Positions 39,726 to 53,230 of a stretch of 54,645 bases of DNA are shown in pieces. The translations under genes were made by a program, and so were the position numbers. The notes beneath the pieces were generated by a model. It was not told where the DNA came from. It ran no database searches and saw only the letters and a program-made list of their open reading frames with translations. Source of the DNA: Chiloscyllium plagiosum (taxonomy: Eukaryota); assembly GCF_004010195.1 (NCBI RefSeq), contig NC_057719.1, positions 24,169,933 to 24,224,577 of the forward strand, in the 5' to 3' direction. Position 1 is the stretch's first letter, and each line of letters starts with the position of its first letter.

Positions 39726-41599
39726 CTTATAATTTGGATTAACAGCAATCAGTTTGCAAAGATCAAACTCCCATAAACAGAAATGTGGTAACAATTGGTA
39801 TGAGAGTCTAGATTCTTATGCTCAAGTTTGTGGAGTGGGACTTGACCCCACAGTCTTCTGGCACACAGGCAAGAGTAATTAACTGAGCTACCCTTGAGGC
39901 CGCAAGCAAGATAAGGGGGAGACTTTTGGCTGGGGCATATTCAGATTTTTAAGATTGCATCAATTATTTTCCAAACACATTTAGGATTTATTGGATTGGG
40001 GCTAATATTAGCATTCATGAAGATTAGCCTACGGACAGAAAAGTGTAGGAATAAACAGGGAATTTTCAGGATAACATTGTGCATTTAACGCAGTGATGCA
40101 GGGGTTAGCAGTTAAGCCTCAACTACTTACAATTCATATCATGATCTGGCTGAGAGGAACAAGTGCAATTCATCCAAATCTGCGAATATCATTAAACTCT
40201 GGAAAACTAAGCACTAAAGGTATGAATAGAGGCTGCAAAAAGATTACAGCAATTCTGTGATTGAAAGGGAAGGTAGAGTATTTATAGAAAGTCATTGAAG
40301 TAGGTTTTTTTAAAAACAGGCAAGATGCTGGGAAATATTAGTATTCAAAGGAACCTTGTACACATCTCAGAAAATTAACATACAAGCATCGGAAACAGTT
40401 ACGAAGTCAAGTGGCATGTTAGCCTTTGTGGCAAGGCAATTGGGCAACAAGTGTAAGGAACTGTTACAATAATATAACACTTTGAGACAACACCTGGCAA
40501 ACGGTGTACAGTTTTAGTTTCTTTACCTGAGGAAGGATAAAATTCTTTTTGCAACAGTACAATGAAGGCTGAATAGATTAATTCCTGGAATGAGATGATT
40601 GTACTATGAGCAAAAAGAGTGTACTTTTTCTGGAGTTTGGAAGAACATGAGATGATTGAGTACTTCTAAAACAAAAATCACCAAAGTTTTTTATCTTAAA
40701 CTCAGAGTAATTCACAAGAATACCAATAAAGGGGAAAAGCTTTTGGAGAGAAAATGCTGTTTGGTTGGCAAATTCTAGAGGCATTGCCAAGGAGAATGCA
40801 GCAGGTAACAATATTTACTGTTAACCTTTTAGACTTTGTTTAGATTTCAAACCAGACAGTTTGACTCTAATTCATCAGGGCATGCCATGAGAAACAAACC
40901 AGCACGTGGATATCACTTACTTTAATGCACTTAAACAGGCACAGTGCATGCATATATTCTTTCAGTCTGCAAACAAGAAGACACAATATATTCTTGCATT
41001 TGGCTTACAGTATACTCTGCAGCCCTTGTTTTTACAGTATACTCAACTGTATCACACTGAGCCCAACTGACAGTCCTTAACTGGTTGTCATATAATTCTT
41101 CACACCCTCAGGATTATTGTCCAATTGCAGAATCATATCTAATACACAATGTGGTGTGTTTTGTAAGTGCAGGCTAGTTAGATACGGTCAGTACCCCACT
41201 TGTCACAAACAGCTGAAAGGATATGCTGTTTATTATGATTCATCAAGCTTTGGGATGGATTATCTACATTTTTGGCATCACATTGGCACAGAAATTCACA
41301 TAATTTATATACTCAATTGTCTCATTGAAAACATGAAATTCTTAGAGGGTACTTGAATAGGAGATCGTCCTCCTCTATTGGAGAGTCTGGAACTACTTGC
41401 ATAGAGTGAGGATAAAGGATTGACAGCTTAGGATGGAGACGAGGACAAATGTTTTCACTCTGAGTTATGAACCTTTAGGATTCTGAACTCATGGGGCTGT
41501 GGATATTTTATCAATGAATACTCTCAGGTCTGAGAGCAATAGATCCTTGAACACTTAAGGAATCAAGAAAAATGAAGAGAGGGTGGGAAAGTGTTGGCT

Positions 41600-41995
41600 T
41601 AAGGAGGCCATGAGGTGATCTTTTAGAGGTTTATAAAATCATGAGGGGCATAGATTAGGTAAACAGTCAGGGTCTTTTCCACAGGGTAGGGACTCCAAAA
41701 CTCCAAAACAGGAGGGCATAGGTTTAAGGTGAGAGGAGAAAGATTTCATAGGGAGCGGAGGGGCAACTTTTTCCACACAGAGGGTGGTGCATATATCAAA
41801 TGAGCTGCCAAAAGGAAATGATAGATGGGTACAATTACAAACATTTAAAATATATTTGGACAGGTACAAAGAGGAAATGTTTATAGGAATGTAAACCAAA
41901 TACAGGAAAATAGGACTAGTTAAGTTTAGGAAACCTGTTCGGCATAGATGAGGTGGGCCAAAAAGCCTGTTTCTGAGTTGTATGACTGTAAGATT
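41600..41995 (+). mobile_element. CR1 3' fragment
   Basis: Similar to 13145-13625. Confidence 0.8.
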
Positions 41996-42214
41996 CTAAA
42001 TGTTTAATCAAGATCTTACTGAATGATGTCAGAAGTCAAATGACACCAGGTTATAGTCCAACAGGTTTACTTGAAATCACAAGCTTTCGGAGCAGACCTG
42101 TTGGACTATAACCTGGTGTCATCTGGCTTCTGACCTTGTCCACCTCAGTCCAATGTCAGCATCTGAATGATAAAACAGATTAGATGGTCAATTCTTGCTC
42201 TTATTTCTTACATT

Positions 42215-43680
42215 GTAGAACATAGAACAGTACAGCACAGTACAGGTTCCTTGGCCCTCGATGCTGTACTATCTTCCATGTGCCTATTCAAGATTCCCTT
42301 AAATGTACATATGTATCTAATTCTACTAACACTGCCAGCAGTCCATTCCACACACCTGTGTAAAGAACCTACCTCTGACATCTCCACTAAACCCTCCTTA
42401 AAATTATGCCCCTTTGTGACAGACATTTCTGCCCTGGGAAAGAGTCTCTGGCTATCCACTCTATCTATGCCTCTCATCCTCTTGTACACCTCTAATCCTT
42501 CTTCGCTTCAATGAGAAAAGTCCTAGTTCCCTCAACCTAAGACATGCCCTTCATTCCCGGCAGCATCCTGGTGAATTCCCTAGCACCCTCTCTAAAGTTT
42601 CCACATCTTTCCTATAATGAGGTAACCAGAACTGAACACAATATTCCAAGTGTGGCCTAACCAGGGTCTATAGAACTGCAGTATAACCTCGCAGCTCTTA
42701 AACTCAATTCCCCTGCTAATGAAAGCCAAAACACCATACACCTTCTTAACAACCCTATCAACTTGGGTGGCAACTTTGAGGGATCTATGGACATGGACCC
42801 CAAGATTCCTCTGTTCCTCCACACTGCCAAGAATCCTGCCTTTAACCCTATAGTCTGCATTCAAATTCGACCTACTAAAGTGAATGACTTCACACTTTTC
42901 CAGGTTGAACTCCATCTGCCAGTTATCAATCCAGTTCTGCATCCTGTCAACATCCTGTTGCAGCCTACAACAGCCCTTCACACTATCCACAACTCCACCA
43001 ACCTTCATGTCATCGGCAAACTTATTAACTCACCCTTCCACTTCCTCATCCAAGTCATTTATAAAAATCACAAAGAGCTGACAGCCCTGAACTGATCCCT
43101 GCAGAATGTCACTGGTCAGTGAAATCCAGGCTAAATACTTTCCATCTACTACCATCCTCTGTTTTCTATAGGCAAGCGAATTCTGTATCCATGCAGCCAG
43201 ATTTCCCTGTACCCCATGCCTCCTTACTTTCTGGATGAGCCTACCATGGGGAACCTTATCAAATGCCTTGCTAAAATCTGTGTACACCACATTCACTGCT
43301 CTACCTTCATCAACGTGTTTTGTCACATCCTCAAAGAATTTAATGACCTGTCCCTCACAAAGCCATGTTGACTACCTCCAGTCAAACTCTGGTTTTCCAA
43401 GTAATCATGAATCCTGTCTCTCAGGATCCTCTCCAATAATTTGCCATATCAGTCTGCTTCAGAAGAGTCAAGGTCCTTCTCACTACTGAACACTGAAGCA
43501 AAGTATTCAGTAAAGACCTCCCCTACTTCTTCCGACTCCAGGCACAAGTTCCCTGCATAATCCCTGATCAGCCCTATCCTCACTCTGGCCATCCTCTTGT
43601 TCCTCACTTAAGTATAGAACATCTTAGGGATTTCCTTAATCCCACCCCCTAAAGCTTTCACATGCCTCCTTCTGGCTCTT
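42215..43680 (-). mobile_element. CR1 ORF2 fragment with deletions
   Basis: YTDFSKAFDKVPH, FINDLD and WQMEFNLEKCEVIHF. Tail tagaacatagaac. Confidence 0.92.
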
Positions 43681-44009
43681 TTAAGTAAATTATATTACAA
43701 TTTTACTCAGCTGGGGAGGTGAAGCATTTTCCTAGCTGACATTAAATAGAATTTTGAAATGTCTGTTTTGATACAACCATCTTCACATAACTGTTTAATA
43801 TATCTTTCCAATTAATCCAACTTTACATCCAAAACAAAAATCTGTCAATGGTAAAAAGATTGAAACTGAGTGCTTTGAAAGAAATACAATCAGGCAAGTG
43901 TGGAAGGAGGCAAATAACCACACACAAGAATGAAATAATGATTAAAAACATAAGCTTAACAGCATACAATGTATTTAAGGAGAGAATTTACAAAGATGTG
44001 ACTTGGAGA

Positions 44010-44393
44010 CCATGATATGGAGGTGCATATGTTGGACTCGGGTGGACAAAGTTAGAAATCACACAACACCATTAATGTATTGTCTGAGCTAAGATGTTAC
44101 TTTTTTTTAATAAAACCTTATATTGTCTCAAGAATGTGATTTGAAAGTAGTTCTGGGATTTACATATTAATGAACCGAAACCTGCAATCCATTCTAAAAG
44201 ATGGAAGACTAAACAGCAATCTAGATTTGTTCAATATATCATATCAGTTGCATGACATTGTAATCTTTTGCTATAAATTCTGTGCCTTATGATCCTGCGC
44301 CACAGCTACCTGATGAAGGAACAGTGCTCCAAAAGCTAGTATTCCCAAATAAACCTGTTGGACTATAACCTGGTGTTGTGTGATTTTTAACTA
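44010..44393 (+). mobile_element. Penelope 3' fragment with inverted 5' terminal copy
   Basis: Body homologous to 4649-4960. Inverted aaatcacacaacacc (~44056) versus ggtgttgtgtgattt (~44372). CTGATGA core at 44310. TGACTTGGAGA is duplicated at 43999 and 44394. Confidence 0.82.
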
Positions 44394-45561
44394 TGACTTG
44401 GAGAGTAATTTATACTCGGCACAGTCAGATTGAAAACAAACAAAAAGGTATTAGGTATTTATGCAGGATCTTTTGAACCTTAAATGAAATTTGAGAGATT
44501 TTCAGGCCACAAAGACATTTGCTTGAATGCTTGCAGAAAAGTCTAATGTTACTGTTACAAATCATTATGGGTCACCAGACAGACAATATGGGTCACGTCT
44601 ACGTTCTCAGTTCTTGAAACAGCATTAGCAAATATTGAACGTCACAAACTTTCGACAATGAAAGTTTGATTAATTAATCAAATGTGCAAAGATGGACTTG
44701 CTTCTTCGTGCATTGTGAAGATACAAAAACAACATCAGACTTTATGGCTGCCTGGCAATTTATAGCTTGGAGAAGTCAGAATCAAACAAAGACAATAACA
44801 GGCATTGAAAGGTGTAAAACCATAAAGAACTATTCTCTATTTTTTAAAATGCTTTTATATTTTCACAAAGCTTACCAATTCAATGCCATTTTGTAACCTA
44901 ATAAAAAACTAGACACATGCTAAAGGATTTAAACTCATTGGAAATCACAGTAGCTCAACAAGTCAGTAAGATATTTGAATTTGAAGGACGTAGAAATAAA
45001 TCAAACATAGACAGAGGCTTGCAATCATTAACTACAGTACTATATAAGCTAGTCAAGTAGAAAGTGAGGGGGCGTTAGGCAATATTAGTTGGATTATTAA
45101 TAAAGTGGATCATTGATCTTGAAGGAAGTTCTCTAGGTATGTCGGCTCCTTCTTAACATGATAGGACACTTGGCCAAGGGTAGTCCTGAGAATACTTGGT
45201 CAGCTTTTGTAATAATAGCCTTAATGGCCCGGGCATATATTTTATTCATTGCTGCATAGAAGAAGGAGATAAAAGGAACAGAAGGCCAAACAAGACGGCT
45301 AAGCTATGGGAACTAGAAGATCCAAGACTGAGATAACAGCGCACATCTGCTTGCCAACATAATTCAGTGTACTGATCAGTTTATGAAACTTGTTGTATGC
45401 TGTATGTGTTGGAATAATGTGATCAAGCTCAGCCACAAACCTTGTAGTAGAATTTGAAAGTTATGAACTATAAATTATATGCTCCAAACTAGCATGGATT
45501 TCTTTGTGTGACCAGGATCTTCTCCCATGCCTATGCTCAAATTTGCTTTTCAACTCTGCAG

Positions 45562-45783
45562 GGAGGAGAAAGTGAGGACTGCAGATGCTGGAGATCAGAG
45601 CTGAAAAATGTGTTGCTGGAAAAACACAGCAGGTCAGGCAGCATCCAAGGAGCAGGAGAATCGACGTTTCGGGCATAAGAAGGGCTGATTCCTGAAGAAG
45701 GGCTTCTGCCCGAAACGTCGATTCTCCTGCTCCTTGGATGCTGCCTGACCGGCTGCGCTTTTCTAGCAACACATTTTTCAGCT
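45562..45783. mobile_element. Palindromic Penelope-terminus insert with hammerhead core and 16-bp direct repeat
   Basis: Arms of ~80 bp (45597-45676 versus 45707-45784). CTTTTCAACTCTGCAG at 45546-45561 and 45784-45799. Confidence 0.88.
45692..45719 (+). ncRNA. Minimal type-I hammerhead ribozyme motif
   Basis: CTGAAGA-A-GGGC-TTCT-GCCC-GAAAC-GTC. Helix III is reduced to a palindrome, as described for Penelope-associated hammerheads. Activity is untested. Confidence 0.65.
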
Positions 45784-46351
45784 CTTTTCAACTCTGCAGA
45801 CTTGCAAACTGTCATTTTCTGTCACAACTCCAGTCAAAAGCACTGCTAGAATTGTTAAAAAAAAAAGGTTGAATAAGCTTGAGGAGCTAACACATTACAA
45901 CTGATCAAATAGCTAATGGCACAGATTTCAGATGTGCAAGTTGAAATTTCAGTGTGCACCAGAACAATAAAATGGTTATACCAACCCAGGCTTAGACACT
46001 TTCCATTGAAGCAGACTAAAACATAAGCAATAAAAGTAATTGTAAGCACTGCAATTATAGTTACAATATCAGAATCCTTGAAATAACAATGTACCAACAC
46101 CAAGAGATAATGAAAAAGAACTAATCTTTGGTTTGCCATCTATTTTGCAAGGATGGAAAAGCTGGACAGTTAAGAATAGAGGTTGTTTAAAAGCAAAATG
46201 TAGCAAAAGTAGAAAAAGAACAGAGATATCTTTCTGAATCAGGCTATCACAGCACTGCTGAAATATTCATTTTCAAATATGCTGCCCCACAACTTCAGGC
46301 GTTACTGAACCTTTCTTCCACAACACCAGGAAGTTGGAATTAATAACCTAC

Positions 46352-46425
46352 CTGAGAAGATAAACAGCTCTTTCAATATCATTAAGTTCTTCATCAACTG
46401 TCAATCTTTCAATCTCTTCTGGTGT
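46352..46425 (-). CDS. PPP4R4: PPP4R4 coding exon 2 (74 nt)
   Basis: Acceptor TTTACATTTGTAG|, translation TPEEIERLTVDEELNDIERAVYLL(S), donor AG|GTAGGT (phase 2). It continues exon 1 in frame and matches recalled PPP4R4 TPEEIERLTVDEDLSDIERAVYLLS. Confidence 0.95.
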
Positions 46426-47044
46426 CTACAAATGTAAATAAGATTAAAAATAGAGCAGATATGCAATGCAGTTATCAATAAATCAAATGATTTCAGTCAA
46501 GCAAGGTCCAATCAAGGGGTGTCATATGATATCATAAACTGCAATGGAAAAGCATGGTTTTTGCGATACCATATGAAAGATTAGATCAGTTTTATTTGCA
46601 ACGTATCCAATATGTAATATATAAGAGATAGGGATATGTTTAAAAAGAACATTGTAATTTTTCTGAACTGGTTGGGATTGAACATAGTTGGAGTAGCAAA
46701 TTGTTTAGACTCCCATTTCATCACTCCAAAATAGAGCGAAATTATTTAAATTTAATTCAAATGGAGCAAATATCACTTCAACACACTATCATTACTTTTT
46801 TTTGGAAAAAATAGCCAGAATTAAAGTAGGGAAAAAAATTGTATGCAATATATCAGTTAATATCAAATGTACGTAGCTCTTCCAATGCTGTAAATGATCA
46901 AATGGTAACTCTATACTCCTGAATTAATCCCAACTTTTAAGTATGATTTCGAATTTAGTGTTCCATTATTTGCAGCCCTTCATAAACAATTTGCTCATGA
47001 CTAAACATGCAGGCTCTGATCTACAAACTCAATTTCTTTTTTTT

Positions 47045-47380
47045 CAGTTGGTAATGCTCTTGCCTCTGAGTCAAAAGGATCCAGCTTCAAGTTGCACATG
47101 AGAATTTGAGCACACAAATCAAGGCTCTATTTTATGATTTTATTGTAGTGTCTGAGATATCCTCTTTCAGATGTAATGTTATAACAAGGGCCCATCTGAT
47201 GTTTGAGTAGGTGTAAAAGATCCCACAGACACAATTTATACCACAAGCAACATCACAAAAAAACAGATTAGCTGGTCATTATCACATTGCAGTTTGTGGA
47301 AGATTGCTTGCATAAACTGACTACTGCACTTTCTTCATTATAACACTGTGAACAGCACTATACGAATGCAAGTCTTTCTT
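47045..47380 (+). mobile_element. tRNA-headed DeuSINE-like (SacSINE1-like) relic in PPP4R4 intron 1
   Basis: tRNA-like head followed by tctttcagatgtaatgttataacaagggccc...gtaaaagatccca, resembling the recalled Deu core. Similar pieces at ~50215-50270, ~51070-51280 and ~39790-39890 (-). Confidence 0.6.
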
Positions 47381-47731
47381 TCTCTTACGACTAAAAGCAT
47401 TTTATAATGGATAATGATGAAAGGTTTATACATGCATTTGACAAGCTATATAAAATAAGTTACTCAAACTGACAAGAGTTTGCCAAAGCCACCTCACCAG
47501 ACGAAATGCTCTTTTTGCCAGACGTCAATTTTTAAAAAAACGTTTTAAACTATGTTTCAGTTACTAATCTATGTAGATTAACAACATACAGGTTCCAGTA
47601 AAATATAGAAAAGGGTAGAGAAATTGGGCAGATCAGACAGCTTCAGTGGGGAAGGAGTTAATATTTCACCCTCATTCCCGCTTCTCTCCCTGACCTGCTG
47701 ACCATTTCCAATCAGGATTTACTTTTAATTC

Positions 47732-47846
47732 GATAAAAACAATGACTGCAGATGCTGGAAACCAGAGTCTAGATAGAATGGTGCTGGAAAAGCACAGGCA
47801 GCATCCGAAGAGCAGTAAAATCGACGTTTCGGGCAAAAGCCCTTCA
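47732..47846 (-). mobile_element. Short Penelope-terminus insert
   Basis: cagatgctgga...tcgacgtttcgggcaaaagcccttcat, flanked by TACTTYTAATTC at 47720 and 47847. Confidence 0.8.
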
Positions 47847-48619
47847 TACTTCTAATTCACATGTAAAGCACCTGCATTTCGACTTAGCATTGATTTAAAA
47901 TTCAAGTGCATCTGTTCTGTTGTTCGTAACACAGAACATCTAGCAAACATCTAGTCTGTATCATATCAGAAATGTCTTCATTAAATTAGTAAATCAGGTA
48001 GTAAATAAAGAATCAGTCACAGTTCAGAATGTAACAAGGTCCATGTTAACATTTGTTCAGAAATATAACCTGATATATTCAATAACAATTGATAGTTGTT
48101 CCAAATTTATCATATATACATATCGATTAAATAAATCTAAAATTAAACTGTGGGTTGAATTCTTAATAAATATGCCCGATGTAAATGGCTCGATATTTAA
48201 AATGTTAACGATGAATTGGTAAATGTTCCCGTTAAAATGAGTCATAACGTGCGAACAATTTCAGTGCTGGTACGGCAGATTTGATGTTTCAGTCGCTGAT
48301 AACTTACATAATATAGCTTCGCTACCCTAACGGCTGTAGTCATTATCACTTGTGGGCCTGTATAATAAATCTGATTTCGTCTCTGTACCCAAGGCAGGCT
48401 GTCGATTTTCGCTTTAAATACATTTCCAATACTGTACAGTGGTTCAGGGGTAACGCAGGCTCTGCCTTCACTGCGCTGGAACCGTAGCCCAATGTAACCT
48501 TGATAGCTCAAATTACATACATGCATATTGTACCCCACTGAATTTTGACATATAAAAGTACAAATATGTATTATTTCACCACCACCCCACAACTACATTC
48601 CCCTTTCCCACATACACAC

Positions 48620-48712
48620 CTTCAGGTATCTACGCACTGGTCTTTCAATGAAGCTCAGTTCCTGTAAATCTTCTATTTGCCCGAATAAATTCTCCTGATT
48701 GAAATCCATCAT
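48620..48712 (-). CDS. PPP4R4: PPP4R4 (protein phosphatase 4 regulatory subunit 4), first coding exon
   Basis: Manual translation gives MMDFNQENLFGQIEDLQELSFIERPVRRYLK, ending AAG|GTGTGT (phase 0). This closely matches the vertebrate PPP4R4 N-terminus as recalled (MDFSQNSLFGYMEDLQELTIIERPVRRSLK). The start could be the ATG at 48712 or at 48709. Confidence 0.93.
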
Positions 48713-48981
48713 TTTTTTTTAACAAACGAAACGAGGATTAGAAGAGATGAGAATAAAGCAGCAGAGTCCGGGGAGGAAGAAGAGCTCTGTGCGTTTTTGT
48801 GTGTGGGTGCGGGATTGATCCGGGATCCGGGGGTGGGGAGAGGAGGCTGAGGGAACAGAAGAGTGTGAGGAGAGTGGCAGGGAGAAAATAGGGGTAGGAG
48901 AGAATCTGTGGGCGGGGTGGAGGAAGGTGAGTGGGGAAAGTGAGGCTGGGGGCGGGGAGAGAAGGTGACAATGATGGGTGA

Positions 48982-49498
48982 NNNNNNNNNNNNNNNNNNN
49001 NNNNNNNNNNNNNNNNNNNNNNNNNNNNNNNNNNNNNNNNNNNNNNNNNNNNNNNNNNNNNNNNNNNNNNNNNNNNNNNNNNNNNNNNNNNNNNNNNNNN
49101 NNNNNNNNNNNNNNNNNNNNNNNNNNNNNNNNNNNNNNNNNNNNNNNNNNNNNNNNNNNNNNNNNNNNNNNNNNNNNNNNNNNNNNNNNNNNNNNNNNNN
49201 NNNNNNNNNNNNNNNNNNNNNNNNNNNNNNNNNNNNNNNNNNNNNNNNNNNNNNNNNNNNNNNNNNNNNNNNNNNNNNNNNNNNNNNNNNNNNNNNNNNN
49301 NNNNNNNNNNNNNNNNNNNNNNNNNNNNNNNNNNNNNNNNNNNNNNNNNNNNNNNNNNNNNNNNNNNNNNNNNNNNNNNNNNNNNNNNNNNNNNNNNNNN
49401 NNNNNNNNNNNNNNNNNNNNNNNNNNNNNNNNNNNNNNNNNNNNNNNNNNNNNNNNNNNNNNNNNNNNNNNNNNNNNNNNNNNNNNNNNNNNNNNNNN
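48982..49498. other. Assembly gap (517 N)
   Basis: Run of N between a G/A-rich 5' region and the CpG island. Confidence 1.
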
Positions 49499-49770
49499 GG
49501 GGCGGGGATGAGGCCGCTCCGTCTCCCCGGCAGCCGCCGTCACCAAGGCAACGAGCCGCTACGGCGAGCGCCGAGCGCCCCGATCTCGCCGGACGGAAGG
49601 CGTTCGCTCGTCACTCCGCCCCCGCGAACCATGTCCGCCTCGACCTCCACCTGCCTCCGTGATCCCCCCCCCCACTTCAATACCGTCCCTGACACACTCA
49701 AAAATCGCGGAGACCGGAAAGGACGACGGGGTTATGCCACTGCGGTTGGAGGGAAGAGTCGATTTCGGGT
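49499..49770. promoter_or_regulatory. CpG island / probable PPP4R4 promoter
   Basis: Sharp GC and CpG enrichment just upstream of coding exon 1. GC boxes GGGGCGGGG (49499) and CTCCGCCCCC (~49614), and an ETS-like CGGAAG (~49594). The left edge is hidden by the N gap. Confidence 0.8.
49539..49552. promoter_or_regulatory. RFX X-box motif
   Basis: GTCACC-AA-GGCAAC fits the consensus GTNRCC(N0-3)RGYAAC and lies inside the CpG island. Confidence 0.6.
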
Positions 49771-50484
49771 CTTTTTTTTGTAAATTTTCCCCTCGTCAAG
49801 TGCAGCAATGTTAATGACACATCCCTGGAGCAGGTGGGACCTGTAGCCCTCCTGATACAGAGTCAGGGACATTACCACTGCGCCACAAGCGTCAGGAGTG
49901 GGCCCGGATAAGTCGTCAAGTTTACCTTTGACGACTTCTGACTGTGATTTCCCAGCGTGAATCATCAGATGTTGTGGGTGAGGGTCCTATTGTATAAATT
50001 ATGATTAATGCTGGAGGATCACTTGTGCTACACGTACTGCTGGCAGATGCTTCAGTTTTCTGCGGGGACTTTAATATTTTTGTTTTTTCTGAAAGAGGAA
50101 AGATATTTTGCTAACCCCCCAACCTGAGTGAACTCTTGTTATTTTTGCTGGGGTAAACATCCTCATCGCCTTTGGTAAACTAATTGCTTGTTAATGGGTG
50201 TCGTTTCCACAACTCACTGGTAGCACTCTGAGTCATAAGGTTGTGGGTTCAAGACTTTTGAGCACAAGATGGAGATTCCTTTTCCCTGAGGAACCATAAG
50301 AAGTAGGCCATTCAGCTCATTAAGTCTACTCTGCCAATTACTGAGTTCATGACTAATGTGACAAACCTAAATTCCACTTTTCTGCCTTTTCCCGATAACC
50401 CTTATTTCCCTTTGCTGATTGAAAATCTTTCCTACACTTAAGGTGTTAAGGCAAAGTCTTATGTGATGTCTTGGATGATGAATA

Positions 50485-51065
50485 ATAACAGTACAGCACT
50501 GAAACAGGCCCTTTGGTCCCAAGATTGCACAGACACATAATGCCTTTTTAATATGCAATTAATATGCCAATAGGCAATATCTTTTGCCTCTGTGTGATCA
50601 ATTTCCCTCTATTCCCTGACTATTCACATAGCTGTCGAGATGCCTCTTAAACATTGCAATTTCAGGCATTTACTGTTCTCTGTATAGAAAGCCTTCCTCT
50701 CACCTTTAAACTTACCCAATTTTACCTTAAATCTATGTCCACTAATAATTGGCATTTCTACCCTGGAAAAAAGACTCCAATATCCATTCTATCCAGGCCT
50801 GTCGTAATTTCGTAAATTTCTATCAGTTGCCACTCATCCTTCAACATTCAAGCAAAAACAAACCAAGTTTGTCCAATCTCTCTTCATAGCTAATGCCCTC
50901 CAAACCAGGCAACATTCTGGTAAACCATTTCTGTACCCTCTTCAAAGCCTCCACATCCTTCCAGTAGTATGGCAATCATACAGCTGCAACATGACTTGTC
51001 AATTTTTATACTCAATGAAGGATGAAGCATGCTACGTACCTTCTTGACCACCTTATCCACTTGTG
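50485..51065 (-). mobile_element. Degraded CR1 3' fragment
   Basis: Similar to 16160-16800. Confidence 0.75.
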
Positions 51066-53230
51066 TGAAGCTGGGAAGTGTTGACTAGTGTCCTGACTGA
51101 TTCCTCAACCATCATTCCCTGAGATTCATTACATGGTCACTGTCACATAGACCTTGTTTGTCGGACCTTATGTGCAAATTTAATTTATATGTTTCCTACG
51201 TTAAAACAGTGTTCACACTTGAAAATTGGTCATAAGGTGCTTTGGCCTGAGGTCATTGAAAGGCACCACATATCTTCTATTTTTCATCTGGAATTTTTTA
51301 CATAGTGTATTGACAATCTATTTAATTTATAAAAATCTTCATCACCTTTCTGTCCTCTCCTGGTCTGATCCAAAACAAAAGCTAAATGGAGTTTGAAGAT
51401 ATGAAATAATTTTTAAAAAATCCTTAAAATATTTTCCACATCTTTGGAGTGGAAAACAGGGTTAATGTTTCAAGTTAATGACCAACCGATTCTGGATTCC
51501 TCCATAAATGCTTAGTTTGACACCACAATGTAACACCACAATGAACTCAATAGGCTAATGGGACTAAAATCAGTCAACATGCTAAAGTGTAAAACTGTGA
51601 TATCAAGGAAAGCATCAAATGCATTCAAAAAGCTATCAAGAACAATGATTTGTAGTTAGGAAATATACTATGAGAAAATAAAACTGTTATCTCAATAAAG
51701 CTAAGGTTTAAAACAGAGAACACACTTAAAATAAGTACAAAAGAGAAGACCAGAGAAATTAGAGCAAAAAAAATCACATATTCCAAAGTAAAAAAATTAT
51801 TTTTCCTTGGAAAGCATGATGAAAGTATCAAGTATACAGTAACAACAAATTAATATGCAGTAATATCGTTGTTTGAAATGCAAGTAAGCTGATATATCTG
51901 TTTCCAGGCATAGCTCAAAGAAGATACTGGAAGAATAAATGCCCACATCCTGACTGCAAAATATTAGATGAGGTTCAGAATCACTGCAGTCTGTAAATGT
52001 AGCTAATGCCAATTATCCCCCAAGGAACATTATCCATGTTCTCAGGGCTTCTAGTGCTTTACCAACATTTCTTTGCTTCTGAATGAATTTTGGTTGCAAG
52101 TAAAATTTGTTATCAGTCTACAAATTGATCTAATATATTTTATGGGATCTGGCATAAAAATAGATGCTGATTGATTTGTGGTTTGCAAGTATAGAATTTA
52201 TGGTTAATTGGGATCAAATCATGTGAAAGATTTTGAATATCAAGATCTACTCATCAAGAAGATATCAAGAATATATTCAACTAAAAAATGAAACATCTAG
52301 AACTTCTTAAATTTTTACTGAGGTTCCCACAATTCGTTTTTAATTTAAAGATATTTGAGCGGACAAATTATTCTTGCCTTGCAAGGCAACATCACAAGCA
52401 TTGAAGAAAGAAATGGAACTTCCATGTTATGCCCACAGTCCAAAAAAACAAATTTCTTTCTGTGTGTATGAATGATAATCACACATCAAATAATTATTAC
52501 GGCATAGAAAGTGGACATTTGGCACTTCACATCTGCACTGGCCCATCTCCAAATGAACAATTTATTATGGCCATTCTCCATGTTCTTCCTGTGACCCTGT
52601 CCATAATGCCTTTTTAGCCACCCATTTAACTCTGTTTTGAAAACTTCAAAATGTAACTGCTCTCACCATGTTGATAATGTCTTCCAGATCTTAAACACTC
52701 ATTGAATGAAAACATTTTTCAACCTGGTGCTGTTGCGTCTATTACCAATTACCCCATATTCTTGGTCCTTTCACAATACTTTTCAATAGCTCTGAAATCT
52801 CCTGCTCTCACTACCTAATTCTCCGAAAGATCAATAAAATCAATTCTGATGTCTGTTTCCTGTGTTTAATATTTTCAAAATCCATATACTTAAGTTTCCC
52901 TGACCACAGTAAAAAATATTCCTGGGTTTTCTAGTGGGTTGTTGTGTGGTTCCCAAATGATGGGGGTGATGGAGAGATTTTGGAAAGTATGAATAAGTAT
53001 TGACTCCAGGTCATGTTACAAACCAAAACATGACTCTGACAATAATGAGCTAATTTGGAGCCAACATTTAACTATTTTATATATTAATCAGTTGGATTCT
53101 GTGAATTGTAATATGTTTGGGAAATCTTAATCAGAATGAGGAATATTGCAAATTTTCAGTAAATAGGATTTTGTCCATGGATGTGAAATAAATTGTTTAA
53201 GCTTCTGATCTAAAAAATATTTTAAAAAAT

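Noticed and set aside
1..46351. PPP4R4 exon 3 (AGQDVQG...LPKVR-like)
   Set aside because: No matching translation found by eye. It probably lies beyond position 1, though I could have missed it.
48719..49783. Long ORFs of 177-275 aa
   Set aside because: Artefacts of reading through the N gap.
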